Sequence record: PQ818760.1
DNA: 52,452 nucleotides
Strand: one strand, 5' to 3'
Source of the DNA: Escherichia phage EcoM1
Shown here piece after piece: positions 10,901 to 20,111 of the stretch (position 1 is the first letter of the stretch; every line of letters starts with the position of its first letter). A model generated the notes under the pieces. The model made no database searches and was not told the origin of the DNA. It saw nothing but the letters and a program-made list of their open reading frames with translations. The translations under genes were made by a program, and so were the position numbers.

Positions 10901-11630
10901 AAGAAATATGTGGGGCCGATTTATTTCCTACATTAGAGGCCGAGGTATACCCAACTTCCTTAAAGGCTGTGGGTAACTCTTGTTCCAGACGTTTGGCAAC
11001 TCGACTAATGTCTCTTGCGTATTGTTCATGATTGCTGTATTGCTCACGGTCAACATACATGTGAGCCATGTAGTTGTATGAGTCGGCAATGTTTCCACGG
11101 TTGGTGGAGTATTCTGCCATAATATCACCAGCATAATGACCTGGGATTTCTGGCATAATATCTTGATGCCCTTGCAAAGTATCTCGCATGTAGGCATTAA
11201 GCATGTTGAAGCTACCTTGCGGTAAGTTCGGATTTGGCTTTGGCATGTGCATCCACACATCGTCTGTGTTGACACCAAGCCTTTCCATGTATGCGTGAAC
11301 AGCTTCTACATGGTGTGTTGGGCCATTCATTGCTGCATGAAATGCTTCTGTGTAGCCAGCACTTGAAAGCACTTGTGCAATGTGGGCAGCGTCTGAAATC
11401 ATGGAAGAGTCGCCCAAAGATTCAGTAATTAAACTGTCATCTTCAAACGACCCACCCATTAATTCTGCATTTGTATCCAGCCATCCCGAAGCAGCGCTCG
11501 CACTAAGTTGTTGAACCATGTGCGACTTCTTCATACCAGCATGGAAAGTCAGACCGCTTTGAGAGCCTAATGCAATTAACTCATTAACGCTCAACTTCAT
11601 TAAATCTTTTTGATTAGCCATTGTCTTCAT
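7905..11630 (-). CDS. tail tape measure protein with lytic transglycosylase (SLT) domain
   Basis: 1241 aa, largest ORF, downstream of tube and chaperone genes; contains GARGIMQILPSTA...YTDGPG transglycosylase-like segment and a Gly-rich region. Confidence 0.7.
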   Translation of the reverse strand: MKTMANQKDLMKLSVNELIALGSQSGLTFHAGMKKSHMVQQLSASAASGWLDTNAELMGGSFEDDSLITESLGDSSMISDAAHIAQVLSSAGYTEAFHAAMNGPTHHVEAVHAYMERLGVNTDDVWMHMPKPNPNLPQGSFNMLNAYMRDTLQGHQDIMPEIPGHYAGDIMAEYSTNRGNIADSYNYMAHMYVDREQYSNHEQYARDISRVAKRLEQELPTAFKEVGYTSASNVGNKSAPHISYMDALPQIGSPSIVSGIAHPRAPLNASGLPLGSYGSGINPEYSLTASLTGGTGWSEPSKALYSSISEAVKSAAKVYSGSKGMMNTRHEVSDRDMIMDSATRYTDLEEARSGYENLRSELADEPAYSASSVRAILENTYDKMDAEPVRIPKMKGASQRVEKDSQSTSTEFTAQLGEATNWNSARMRREEIAIANMDSAGFRDVSDYGTGRSESPVRFHDLEQGSQEWLDFRKNYDITGSTVGTFLGNNPYTRPWAGMIDKIGLSRSKEHSDFTKKMFADGHRTEEEARARVGKEFGFDIKQTGAITNDNYPAFMYSPDGLIGDDAIWEHKNPQRAGKFADLLKGDHPDYMDQIQFGMHVSGRSRALFSQTINDETRSQWIEKDEGWYERNRNRLDSVLGRLDAGREFVRNNAGLDREELISGARSAMTGDGIWKDIRQRSTRGYSAVAGTPEDPFIGSRSSYNPTASYSDYQPNFVMHEQNFPATTGNGDTGNDSMALSVKKGILAAQEENRQKGIGADADFNGKADSMGWDRERFDAANGGGYSGGGGGRGGNFTSGGNYYDDYGRMGGSLAAGIAGGSIGSATNGVMQALMATPAGRMAAVGIGAIQIGNEAAEYMNDFIGNSLDAGVMNPNEYSSMSQGLEMLGLNSQQAARLNQTTHSAYNTMLNGDPSAAVNIVRGSRGLLTIGDIRATGGDPVALARIMQERGKERGWSQARIAGAAEMAGLNGMARAYDRTEYSHEQAGSVVEAGRNSDFAEGMAQSEMLQGSRARVLPSYNVPQSVLSNGAPIFEAGSAALDGARTGYNQAREFAGSVYDFIAQEESGGREYNKDGSRVTSRTGARGIMQILPSTARDPGFGIKPSDGTPEDDARVGREYYDAMYKRYGDHEKAMAAYTDGPGTVDKAVDKNGLDWLTAVPVQAQNRVKAFREWSKSSQSLEEGATGFTRNGMSYGQTQTVVNVKIDAKVNNQTASATVAIPGGQTVTQQMNMNNGAQQRR

Positions 11631-11789
11631 CTACTGGTTCGAGTTTCTTACGCAAATCGAGAATGTCGTGGAATAGCAATAAGTCCATAATCGAATAGGT
11701 TCCATCTTGCAATTCATGTAACTTGCAGAGAGAACTGTCTTCGATTATAGGACGATGCAGAAAATATTTTATGTCGGGGAACAGGGATA

Positions 11790-12248
11790 CTAAACTGTCT
11801 CCGGACTCGAATTCTTCTGCTCTGCCAGCTTGGATGCTTCCTCCGCCTCCAATCGTCTCTGTTCGTTGATTTCGAGCCCTTGCTTGAAAAAATCAAGGAA
11901 GTTTGCTTCGAGTACGAAAGCAAAGACATGGCAAGACAACATCAATTCGCCATTGAACTGCATATCATATAATGCAGGTTTGATTTCTTGTCCGTCTATG
12001 GACGAGTGCATGCTGATAACACGCTTAAACAATTCTGTGAATACGGTATGCTCTACTTGCTGCATCAAGTATATAATATCAGCGAAGTTATATTTACCTT
12101 CGATGAATGGAAATACTCGTGAGCCTAACTTGCTTACCAACTCCGCGTGAAGAGACAGTGCAGCCGAAGCCGACAATTGTCGAACAACGACTAACACTGT
12201 TTCGCCTTTGGAGTTTGTGAATTCACGTTGAAGCAATTCACAAGCCAT
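11790..12248 (-). CDS. tail assembly chaperone
   Basis: 152 aa between tube and tape measure genes; both alternative frames stay open past its stop. Confidence 0.45.
   Translation of the reverse strand: MACELLQREFTNSKGETVLVVVRQLSASAALSLHAELVSKLGSRVFPFIEGKYNFADIIYLMQQVEHTVFTELFKRVISMHSSIDGQEIKPALYDMQFNGELMLSCHVFAFVLEANFLDFFKQGLEINEQRRLEAEEASKLAEQKNSSPETV
11886..11892 (-). other. candidate programmed frameshift site (T_TTT_TTC) in tail chaperone gene
   Basis: Minus-strand GAT TTT TTC in the chaperone frame forms an X_XXY_YYZ heptamer; the -1 frame has a TGA immediately upstream and is then open for about 89 codons to about 11618. Confidence 0.35.
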
Positions 12249-12259
12249 ACTTACTCCAA

Positions 12260-12715
12260 TTAAACGCCAATTTCCGGATAAGAGCCAGTCTTAATCTGGA
12301 GGCGCTCTACAAAGATAGACCACACGTTAGACGTGAAGGACACACCACGCTGAATTGCAGGTTGCTGCAAGATAGCGCCGTTTACACCATTGACCAGTAC
12401 ATCACCCATCTTGTCAACAATCTGAATCTGGAGCGGTTGCCACAGAGATTTGTTACCAGACAGGCCAGTTGCCTGAGTTAATTGAGCACGGCTGTACAGG
12501 ATTTCGTTCCAGTCTGCGGTTTGCAGAAGCGGGAAAGTAATAGTACCGGATAAGTCAGCCGTAGTAGCTACAGCCAACTTACCATACGCGTCAATAACAG
12601 GCAGGTGTTGAGGTGCGTTACGACGAGCAGTGATGATAGAGTTACCAGAAGTAAAACCATCTACACGAGCACCGTCGATAATGAGGTCGGTATTATAGAA
12701 AGAATATTGTTTCAC
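12260..12715 (-). CDS. tail tube protein
   Basis: 151 aa immediately downstream of the sheath-sized gene; positional inference. Confidence 0.45.
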   Translation of the reverse strand: MKQYSFYNTDLIIDGARVDGFTSGNSIITARRNAPQHLPVIDAYGKLAVATTADLSGTITFPLLQTADWNEILYSRAQLTQATGLSGNKSLWQPLQIQIVDKMGDVLVNGVNGAILQQPAIQRGVSFTSNVWSIFVERLQIKTGSYPEIGV

Positions 12716-12725
12716 TTATCGCACC

Positions 12726-14174
12726 TTACTGAACGAAGTTGCCGGAGATAACTGCACCTTGCAGTGCACCAGAACCAATCGCAATGAAGGAAGTACCTTC
12801 CCAGATACGAGCACCTTTCTGAGATTGCATCAGAGCCAAGTCGGTAGACAGGACTTTGTAACCATCCGGATAGAAGTTGCCTTCATTGTCGTAACCTGGA
12901 GCAATCAGACCATTGGTCACAGCCAGTTCCAGAGCCAGAGTAACCTGTTGGTTTACCAGAGCCACACCAGTATCGGTCCAAGGAATCTTGGTCGTAGAAG
13001 TGTAGAACAGGTTGAACACGTTGGCACGAACTTTAGAGGTCAGCCAAGATACACCCTGAACGGTATCGAACCAAGTGCCGTCAGCCATCTTGCCGTTGTA
13101 GAACATAGTGTTCCCACCAACGTTGATGAATGCGTTACCATTTACACGCTCAAGTGCAGCGAGCTGGTTCGGGGACAGGTCAGCAGTCTTGATAGCCGGA
13201 CCCTGTTTAAATGCCAGAACGAGTGCAGAGTTTGCAACGTTGAAGTTGACAGTAGATGCACGGCCCAGGATAGAAATCTCCGGATACTCGTCACCATTGT
13301 CAGAGGCATCATATACCAGCAGGGTACGCTGGAGGTTCTGTTCTTTAGCCCGTTTGAAGCTAGATTCTGCACCAACAACAAGAATCTGTGGGTCGCTGTC
13401 AGCCCAGCCGAACACTTTCTCGTTTGCTTCTGCCCATTTAGCAACGGTCATCTGAACATTGCCAGAAGAACTGCCGCGATATTTGCGGTCAATTGCAACG
13501 AAGAAGAAGTCGAACGTAGAGTTGAGGATTGCGTTCAGGTCGGAACCTACAGATACTTCATCAGTGCCATGCACATACACCGGACTTGATTCCGCATCCA
13601 GTTTGAATGCTGGAGCAGCAGAGCCGTATACGTCACCAATAATGGAGCTAGCGCCCACAGACTTGGCGACAACTTTGAAAGTACCTTCGCTGTTGGACAT
13701 GGTTACTGGGATACCCGCAGCAACCAGTGCCGCGTTTGCCATAGAGGTAGCAGCATCAAAGTCATGTGCAGAAGAGAAGTTGATTGGAGCGGTAGAACGG
13801 TCTACGCCATCAACGTTAATGGACAGCACGCCATTGGTTAACGCAGTGATAGTTTCCAGAGTTGCAGCAGCAGATGCTGTGACAGACCCAGAAGTTGCCG
13901 GAGTAACATCTTCATGAGTGATAGCACCCACAAGGAAATACTTCGGAGTCGGTTTCTGAGAAAACCACGCCAAAGCTGCATTATAGATTTCACCAGATGG
14001 GAAATCAGCAGATACAGCAGCCATGCTGGTATACTGGCGTACAGGAACGCGTTCGCCCGGCGCTGGAACAAACTGCTTGCTCAAGAACAGGAGCGGACCA
14101 AAACCCTCCACGGCAACAGCATTCGGAGATACCGCAATGTTGACCTGGATGATATCGGAAATTGGAATTGCCAT
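12726..14174 (-). CDS. tail sheath protein
   Basis: 482 aa directly upstream of the tube-sized gene, the canonical sheath-tube order of contractile tails; no motif check possible. Confidence 0.5.
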   Translation of the reverse strand: MAIPISDIIQVNIAVSPNAVAVEGFGPLLFLSKQFVPAPGERVPVRQYTSMAAVSADFPSGEIYNAALAWFSQKPTPKYFLVGAITHEDVTPATSGSVTASAAATLETITALTNGVLSINVDGVDRSTAPINFSSAHDFDAATSMANAALVAAGIPVTMSNSEGTFKVVAKSVGASSIIGDVYGSAAPAFKLDAESSPVYVHGTDEVSVGSDLNAILNSTFDFFFVAIDRKYRGSSSGNVQMTVAKWAEANEKVFGWADSDPQILVVGAESSFKRAKEQNLQRTLLVYDASDNGDEYPEISILGRASTVNFNVANSALVLAFKQGPAIKTADLSPNQLAALERVNGNAFINVGGNTMFYNGKMADGTWFDTVQGVSWLTSKVRANVFNLFYTSTTKIPWTDTGVALVNQQVTLALELAVTNGLIAPGYDNEGNFYPDGYKVLSTDLALMQSQKGARIWEGTSFIAIGSGALQGAVISGNFVQ

Positions 14175-14687
14175 TTAGATTCCCTTAATTAAGATGGGTT
14201 CACCACCATCATAGAATTTGCCGCCAACACTGGCGTCAGACATTGTTCCAATATTCATTACGTCTTCACGAAGAACATTGAATTTAATTTGGATTCCTTC
14301 TCGGAATTCCCAATTTGTCTCAAGAGTTAACGAGGCAAGATTCAGTGGATTTTTGTCAAGTGTTGCAAAGCCTTTGCTCTTAAGCATGGCCTGAACATCT
14401 GGACGGAAGAAGGAATTGTCGAACTTAACATATTCACTCCCACGACGTGAGAAGAGAATATAGAAGGTTAAGATTCGAATCCCTCTCGTAACAAATACTT
14501 CCTCGCCATTTCGGACTTCGATTCGAGTTTCGTCAAAGCCTGGGTTAACTGACGACACGCACTTTATTGCGGCATAGTTTTCAGATGGTCGAGGTGCGTT
14601 TACTTGCATCTCATAGGAGAAGCGAGGGACGCCAACGCAGACGTCCACAATATCCTTCATCGCCTGAATATCTTCATCGTAAATCAT
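14175..14687 (-). CDS. neck / tail terminator protein
   Basis: 170 aa, immediately upstream of the sheath gene. Confidence 0.3.
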   Translation of the reverse strand: MIYDEDIQAMKDIVDVCVGVPRFSYEMQVNAPRPSENYAAIKCVSSVNPGFDETRIEVRNGEEVFVTRGIRILTFYILFSRRGSEYVKFDNSFFRPDVQAMLKSKGFATLDKNPLNLASLTLETNWEFREGIQIKFNVLREDVMNIGTMSDASVGGKFYDGGEPILIKGI

Positions 14688-15046
14688 TTCTCTAACTCCT
14701 TAGCAGCAATGACTTCAAAGAACCCAGCCGCCTTGTAGTCAGAAACAGAAATAACTTTATAACGAAGGCCGTAGATAGTAAGGATAGACTTCATCGGCAT
14801 TTCAGTTCGGGAATGTACTTGCATGAATGCAGGTTGGCGCTCTCCGACTTCTGTAGCTTTAAGCGATTGACCGCTTACGCCAGAATCCCTGTCACCATAA
14901 GGTATGGGAGTACATCGGATGGGTTTCTTTGGAGCATATGAATCACCAACCCAATTATTTTTGTCATCGTAGTAACCTTCTTGATATACCTCAAGATACA
15001 TACGAGTGGTTGTGTAGCGGTTGAATGCTCGACGCTGGTTAATCAA
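14684..15046 (-). CDS. head-tail joining protein
   Basis: 120 aa, ATGA-coupled in the connector region between capsid and sheath genes. Confidence 0.3.
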   Translation of the reverse strand: MINQRRAFNRYTTTRMYLEVYQEGYYDDKNNWVGDSYAPKKPIRCTPIPYGDRDSGVSGQSLKATEVGERQPAFMQVHSRTEMPMKSILTIYGLRYKVISVSDYKAAGFFEVIAAKELEK

Positions 15047-15432
15047 AACTGTGACCCAGGGCTAACCCTCGGCCCAGCAAATGCCATTCGCCGCCATTGC
15101 AAGTAACGTTGACCGTACACAGTAGACATGAAATCAGCTTCAACATAAGGAATTGTTGAAATGATTCGGTCGCTAAACTCTACCTGAACATCGTCCACAT
15201 CGGTACGACTAACAGGCATAGCTGGCATTGCGGCATCACCAGGCATTAGGTCGTCAATTGTTGCAGACCAATGCGCTACAAGTGATGCCATAGCTGGGTC
15301 ATAAAACCCACACCAACGCGATTCGATTGTCCCCATGATAAGTTTCGCATCTTCAACTAATATGTCAAAACGCTCTGGGGTCATGTCAGCCATTGCCGGA
15401 TAACGTTTAACCAAATCGGTTAGTGTTATCAT
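15043..15432 (-). CDS. head-tail connector / head completion protein
   Basis: 129 aa in the connector region. Confidence 0.3.
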   Translation of the reverse strand: MITLTDLVKRYPAMADMTPERFDILVEDAKLIMGTIESRWCGFYDPAMASLVAHWSATIDDLMPGDAAMPAMPVSRTDVDDVQVEFSDRIISTIPYVEADFMSTVYGQRYLQWRRMAFAGPRVSPGSQF

Positions 15433-15873
15433 TTACGCCAACTTATCGTAGAGTGCCAGTTTAACGTCTTCCGGCATGCCCTTAATATCAATACCGTTCT
15501 TAGTCAGAATAGCATCAATGTCAGGCATACCAACTTTCACACGTTCAACAATGGTAAGAGAACCAGCTTTGATTGCCTCTTTAACCAGGTTGACCTTGCG
15601 AGTTTTGCCAGTGCTGTAATACTCTTTAATGACAAGAGCTTCTTTACCGGTCTTAACAGAAGCACCGATATTCTCGTCATCAAGCGGAACCACTTCTTCG
15701 CGCAGTTCTTCAACTTCCGTCAGAGATGCCGTAAGAGATTTGTAGATTTCATCGTCGATTTCTACAGTTGCGCCACCAGGAATGTGAACAAAGTCTAGCT
15801 CAGATTTGCCAGACTTTCCCTTCTTATAGAAGAAGAATTGAAGGTTGCGTGATTCGTTGTTCTTAATCTGCAT
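15433..15873 (-). CDS. hypothetical structural protein
   Basis: 146 aa, first gene after the major capsid gene. Confidence 0.3.
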   Translation of the reverse strand: MQIKNNESRNLQFFFYKKGKSGKSELDFVHIPGGATVEIDDEIYKSLTASLTEVEELREEVVPLDDENIGASVKTGKEALVIKEYYSTGKTRKVNLVKEAIKAGSLTIVERVKVGMPDIDAILTKNGIDIKGMPEDVKLALYDKLA

Positions 15874-15893
15874 TACTATTTCTCTTAAGTTAT

Positions 15894-15913
15894 GGGCGAG
15901 AACAGTCCCGCCC
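15894..15913 (-). terminator. stem-loop downstream of major capsid gene
   Basis: GGGCG-10 nt-CGCCC hairpin between the capsid stop (15920) and next start (15873); no U-tract on the gene strand, so more likely a stability element than a strong terminator. Confidence 0.3.
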
Positions 15914-15919
15914 TATTTA

Positions 15920-16960
15920 TCAGATGCCGGAGTTGATGGAGATTGCTGCCGGATACATCGCCTGGAAGCCAGCGAAACGACCACGACCAGGAACTTCATA
16001 AACCAGGCCATGAAGCTGTACCGGTTGCCAGGTCAGCGGCAGAGGTTCACGCAGACGGAAAGTGCGGTTGCCCATTGCATTGCGGCAAACAACAACGAAG
16101 CAATCAGAACCAGCATCGCCGTGACCTTTGATTGCGTTCAGGCCCTTGATTTTATCGCGGGAGTTGATGAACTGGTTGTTGTCAATGAAGAACTGACCAA
16201 TCGTCTTGTCAGACTGTTCAGAACGTGCAGTGTTGAAGATGTACTGCTCATGCTCAACAGGCATCCAGATTTCGTCCGGGCGCATGATTTTCAGAGTAGA
16301 AGCATACATTGCAGACACAGCAGCAGTCAGGTCAGCAATAACTTCGGTCGGAGTCTTCTCGGCCCACTTGGTAGAACCACCAGCACCCTGAGCAACAGTT
16401 GCTTTGGTAATGTCTGGGTTTTCGAAGAAGCCAACAAAGCCGTTAGCTTTATCTCCGTACCATGCAGCAGAGTTAACATACTGTTCGTAACCACGAATAG
16501 CAGCATTTGCTTTACGGGTTTCCAGCGGGAGGCCAGTAACAGCAGCAGACGCTACTTCGTCAATATCGTAGTCGAATGCAGTACCAACTGATTTAACAGG
16601 GATGCTGTATTCTTTACCAGAAATGCTGGACTTCGGCAGGTCGGTTGCACGGGCGTTAATTACCTGAGCTTTACCAACATGGTTGTAAGAACGGTAGGTC
16701 AGAGTGTTTACGCCAGCGCCACCAGTGGTGTCCACGCCGAAAGCAGCGCGAGCTTCCAGTTCTGGATACAGGGTGTCGTAAGTTTGAGCTTCAATGAACT
16801 CAAGCTGGCGTTGAAAGAATACTGCATCGTCGTCATTCAGGACAACAGTGCCAGAATCCTGAATACGGGTGATAGCGTCGTTCAGTTCGAATTCAGAACC
16901 GTCCGCCAGTTTAATCATCTTAGGCATGTAATTTAATCCATATTGTTTGGTGAGGCGCAA
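15920..16960 (-). CDS. major capsid protein
   Basis: 346 aa, downstream of portal, scaffold-like and decoration-like genes, bracketed by hairpins. Track start 16960 is TTG; first ATG is at 16927. Confidence 0.6.
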   Translation of the reverse strand: MRLTKQYGLNYMPKMIKLADGSEFELNDAITRIQDSGTVVLNDDDAVFFQRQLEFIEAQTYDTLYPELEARAAFGVDTTGGAGVNTLTYRSYNHVGKAQVINARATDLPKSSISGKEYSIPVKSVGTAFDYDIDEVASAAVTGLPLETRKANAAIRGYEQYVNSAAWYGDKANGFVGFFENPDITKATVAQGAGGSTKWAEKTPTEVIADLTAAVSAMYASTLKIMRPDEIWMPVEHEQYIFNTARSEQSDKTIGQFFIDNNQFINSRDKIKGLNAIKGHGDAGSDCFVVVCRNAMGNRTFRLREPLPLTWQPVQLHGLVYEVPGRGRFAGFQAMYPAAISINSGI

Positions 16961-16974
16961 CTATTAATTGCGCC
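16954..16974 (-). promoter_or_regulatory. stem-loop upstream of major capsid gene
   Basis: GGCGCAA-ctattaa-TTGCGCC 7-bp hairpin in the leader of the capsid gene. Confidence 0.3.
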
Positions 16975-16982
16975 AGTGCAAC

Positions 16983-17195
16983 TTAAGCCTTCGGCGTAAT
17001 GGTAATTTCTTTGGTTGCAGTTACGCCAGATGCTGTTTTATTTGTTGCCTTGATTGTCGCAGAAGTATCTGTGGTTGTCTCATTCAGGACAGTCACAGTG
17101 CCGTTTGCCGCCACGGAAACACCAGTCACGGGAGGTGTAACAGCGAAGTTATAGTCTGTTGCTGTAGAGTTCTCAAACTTAAACAGCTTGTCCAC
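16983..17195 (-). CDS. small Thr/Ala-rich capsid-associated protein
   Basis: 70 aa, T/A/V-rich beta-strand-like composition, between decoration-like and capsid genes. Confidence 0.3.
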   Translation of the reverse strand: MDKLFKFENSTATDYNFAVTPPVTGVSVAANGTVTVLNETTTDTSATIKATNKTASGVTATKEITITPKA

Positions 17196-17275
17196 AGTTA
17201 CAGTAGCATCAGATACAGATGCGTCAGCAGTTACAACTCCTGCTACAGCAGATACTGTAGGAGCTGGAGGTGGCG

Positions 17276-17749
17276 TTACGGCTTTGGGACTACGTTAATC
17301 ATGACCGGAACAACATCACCAGCGGAAGCCGGATAACGCAGGGCAGTCAGGTTGGTTGCCTTAGTGTACCCAGCACCAACACCACCAAATTCACCTTTAG
17401 TGGATACGCCAATGTTCTTGTCGGTGATTGCGGTTTTCAGTTTGACCATGATTGGGCCAGACAGCATAACGCCCAGAGGCCAGCCAACTTTAATTGCAAC
17501 AGTGCCGTCGCCAGGACGAGTAGCAGATTCGATGTTAATCTGGCGCATAGCAATGCCCAGAACAGTGCCGTCGGATTCAATACCAGGCTTAACCTGATTG
17601 GATGCCGTGCCTTGAACAACAGCCAGACCAAAGTTTGCCATTTCTTCTTCGGCAACGTAGGTCAGGCGCTGGGAGTTGGTGGTAGCCAGGCCATATTGTT
17701 CACCTGCATATGCTTCACCAGTATTAATAGACCAATCTTGCTTTGGCAT
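17276..17749 (-). CDS. head decoration-like protein
   Basis: 157 aa, Gly/Ala/Val-rich, between scaffold-like and capsid genes. Confidence 0.3.
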   Translation of the reverse strand: MPKQDWSINTGEAYAGEQYGLATTNSQRLTYVAEEEMANFGLAVVQGTASNQVKPGIESDGTVLGIAMRQINIESATRPGDGTVAIKVGWPLGVMLSGPIMVKLKTAITDKNIGVSTKGEFGGVGAGYTKATNLTALRYPASAGDVVPVMINVVPKP

Positions 17750-17758
17750 TGTCTTACC

Positions 17759-18709
17759 TTATAAAGAGTTGAAGCGTTCTAAACGACGTTTGTTAGCTTC
17801 TTCGGAAATAGAAACTTTAGGTTTACGAGCTTCTGAATCTTTCTTAGCAGCGAATTGCATAGACTGATTCAGGGCATCCCCTAAAGTAATGGAATCGCAA
17901 TCTTCAAGAGCTGCATCGAAACGGGCGGAGATGTAGTCTTCGCTCTTATCGCTGAAATCCTTGTCATGCAATTTATTAACTACAGCCAACTTAATTTCTG
18001 CATCGGTCTTGCCGGAGAAATCGAGGTTGGAGAACTCGTCGCCAAGACGGGCCACATCAACAAGCAGTGCTGTACGAGCAACTACACGTTTGTCTACCTC
18101 AGCCTGAATAGCTTCATCGGATAGTCGTGCAGTTTCTGCATCAGCAAGTTTCTGTTCAAGGGCGCTAATCTTGTCAAGCGCTGCATCACGCTCTGCTTCA
18201 ACAACATCAAAGGTTGCCTTATCAACAATGGCAATCTCTTCACCAGAGTCACCAATGCGAGTAGTCTGAGCACGACCACGAACAACAATTGCAGCATGGT
18301 TAGGGATAATGCGAACTTTATCGAAGTCGGCTTCGTCATCTTCTGACACAGCCAGTTCAGCATTATGGCCCAAGGAGATTTGGTCAACACCAGAATCAAC
18401 TAATCGAATAGCTTGCTCGTCATTCAAAACGATTGATGCAGCCAAGAAAGAACCGTCTGCAACTGGACGCCCTTCGATGAACCCTTTCTGGAGTTCTTTG
18501 TTGTTCTTGATGTTAACATCATTTTTCGGATGGCCGATAGTTACCGGAATTGAACGACAGCCTTCGATGGTTGCTTCGTCAAATAATACTTCCGGCTTGG
18601 TACGAACACGGCAAATAGATTCTGGGTCCAGATGTTTTGCGATTTCACCAAGTTCTTTCGCTTTGTACAGCATAGTGCCAGTACGAGCGATGGTGCATTC
18701 TGCAATCAT
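17759..18709 (-). CDS. head scaffolding / prohead core protein
   Basis: Follows portal; acidic with coiled-coil-like segment (ERDAALDKISALEQKLADAETARL). Track ORF starts at 18919 overlapping portal by 128 nt; reported start is the first ATG past the portal stop; a GTG near 18773 is also possible. Confidence 0.4.
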   Translation of the reverse strand: MIAECTIARTGTMLYKAKELGEIAKHLDPESICRVRTKPEVLFDEATIEGCRSIPVTIGHPKNDVNIKNNKELQKGFIEGRPVADGSFLAASIVLNDEQAIRLVDSGVDQISLGHNAELAVSEDDEADFDKVRIIPNHAAIVVRGRAQTTRIGDSGEEIAIVDKATFDVVEAERDAALDKISALEQKLADAETARLSDEAIQAEVDKRVVARTALLVDVARLGDEFSNLDFSGKTDAEIKLAVVNKLHDKDFSDKSEDYISARFDAALEDCDSITLGDALNQSMQFAAKKDSEARKPKVSISEEANKRRLERFNSL

Positions 18710-18791
18710 TTCGCCAGAGTCACGTAAACGACGGGTCGTTAAAGTAGCCTTGTCGTTCAACAAAACTACTTCATTCACGGTATCTTCGTCG

Positions 18792-20111
18792 TTAAGCTGA
18801 ACCAGGTTTTGGTTTTGCTTCACTTGCGTTACCCTTTTGGATGTTAGGAGGATTAGGATTTGGCTTACCAAGGCCACAAGTCCCGAACACGCCCGAATGG
18901 AACATGACTTCGTTTGCAACTTCAGTAGTTATGGTGCCGTTGTTAACCAGCAGGTCAACAGCGAATGCCAAATCTTTAGCTCGCTTCGCTTTCTCAACAT
19001 TGGATTCAGGGAAGATATCTAACCATTCGTAGTCATATTCTTCAATGCCAAAGTGCGCCTGGACAATCTTGTCTACCACATCTAAACGAGGGTCGAACAC
19101 AGAAGTCTGCAAGCCAGTCAACAAGTCGATATAGTTTACGAGGTCGGATTCGCCCGTAGCATTCATACCGTCTGGAGATGCAGAAAGGAAACGTGTAGCC
19201 GGAATACCAACTGCGGCAGCAACTATCTTTAAGTATTCCCAAATCAAATCTTTCACGCCAGATAGCGCAATTGACTTGGTGTCATACTTCTCAGTATTGT
19301 CGAGAATTAAGACGTTATAAATACTCTTTGCCAGCTTCATAAGTTTGAAGCGCTTCATCACAGCAGCTTCACCTTCCGGTGATGTAAGCAAGGATTGTAA
19401 GCCTTCAACAGTTACCACATCAATTGTGGCTTCTTGGGCAAGGCTGGCAGCAGCAGCGGCAGTTGTGTAGAATTGGTCAATCGTTTTCAGCAGTGGAATA
19501 AGTACCGAATCGGAATACCACATGTTGCGTTGGAATTCGAACAGCGGCAGTTCAGTACCCTCGAACCGAAGAAAGCGAGTGTAGTGGATATAGCCGGGAT
19601 ATCCAGCCAAAGTGTAATACTCTGGCAAACCATAGTGAGGACTTAAAGGGTCCAGAACCATAGTCCCTGCGGCAAATAAGCGTGAGCGGTCAATAACTCT
19701 CATGGATTTAATACATCCAGTCTTCAAGTTATCCAGTCGCAATGGTGTATCAAGTTTGCCCGTACCTTTCAGGTCGAGCAGAACAAATGAAGTACCATAC
19801 AATCTGGCCCATTGATATGCCTCACGGAACAGCTTGCGAATACGAAGTTTCTTATCCGCTCTGCGTCCTTCTTCACTATCAATATGTCGCCACTTACGCG
19901 TCATATCTTGAGGAATGACGGTACACACTTTCTGTGCAACCCAATCCTCACGGAAGCGGTTCATAAGTTCGCGATAGTTCGCGTTCTTGTTTGAGAAAGT
20001 CCACTGGTTGAAAGTAGACTTATCTGCTTGACCGCCTAACCCCGTTACAAGGTTTTCTAACCCATCTGCAACTTTAACAGAGAGATTGTTTTTCTTCTTC
20101 TTGGAAGTCAT
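18792..20111 (-). CDS. portal protein
   Basis: 439 aa immediately downstream of the terminase large subunit and upstream of scaffold/capsid genes. Confidence 0.6.
   Translation of the reverse strand: MTSKKKKNNLSVKVADGLENLVTGLGGQADKSTFNQWTFSNKNANYRELMNRFREDWVAQKVCTVIPQDMTRKWRHIDSEEGRRADKKLRIRKLFREAYQWARLYGTSFVLLDLKGTGKLDTPLRLDNLKTGCIKSMRVIDRSRLFAAGTMVLDPLSPHYGLPEYYTLAGYPGYIHYTRFLRFEGTELPLFEFQRNMWYSDSVLIPLLKTIDQFYTTAAAAASLAQEATIDVVTVEGLQSLLTSPEGEAAVMKRFKLMKLAKSIYNVLILDNTEKYDTKSIALSGVKDLIWEYLKIVAAAVGIPATRFLSASPDGMNATGESDLVNYIDLLTGLQTSVFDPRLDVVDKIVQAHFGIEEYDYEWLDIFPESNVEKAKRAKDLAFAVDLLVNNGTITTEVANEVMFHSGVFGTCGLGKPNPNPPNIQKGNASEAKPKPGSA

Noticed and set aside
12759-13589. Large plus-strand ORFs such as 12759-13589 (276 aa), 15845-16591 (248 aa), 17270-17764 and 23579-24112.
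   Set aside because: Each lies antisense inside a well-supported minus-strand gene and has low-complexity composition; treated as shadow ORFs.
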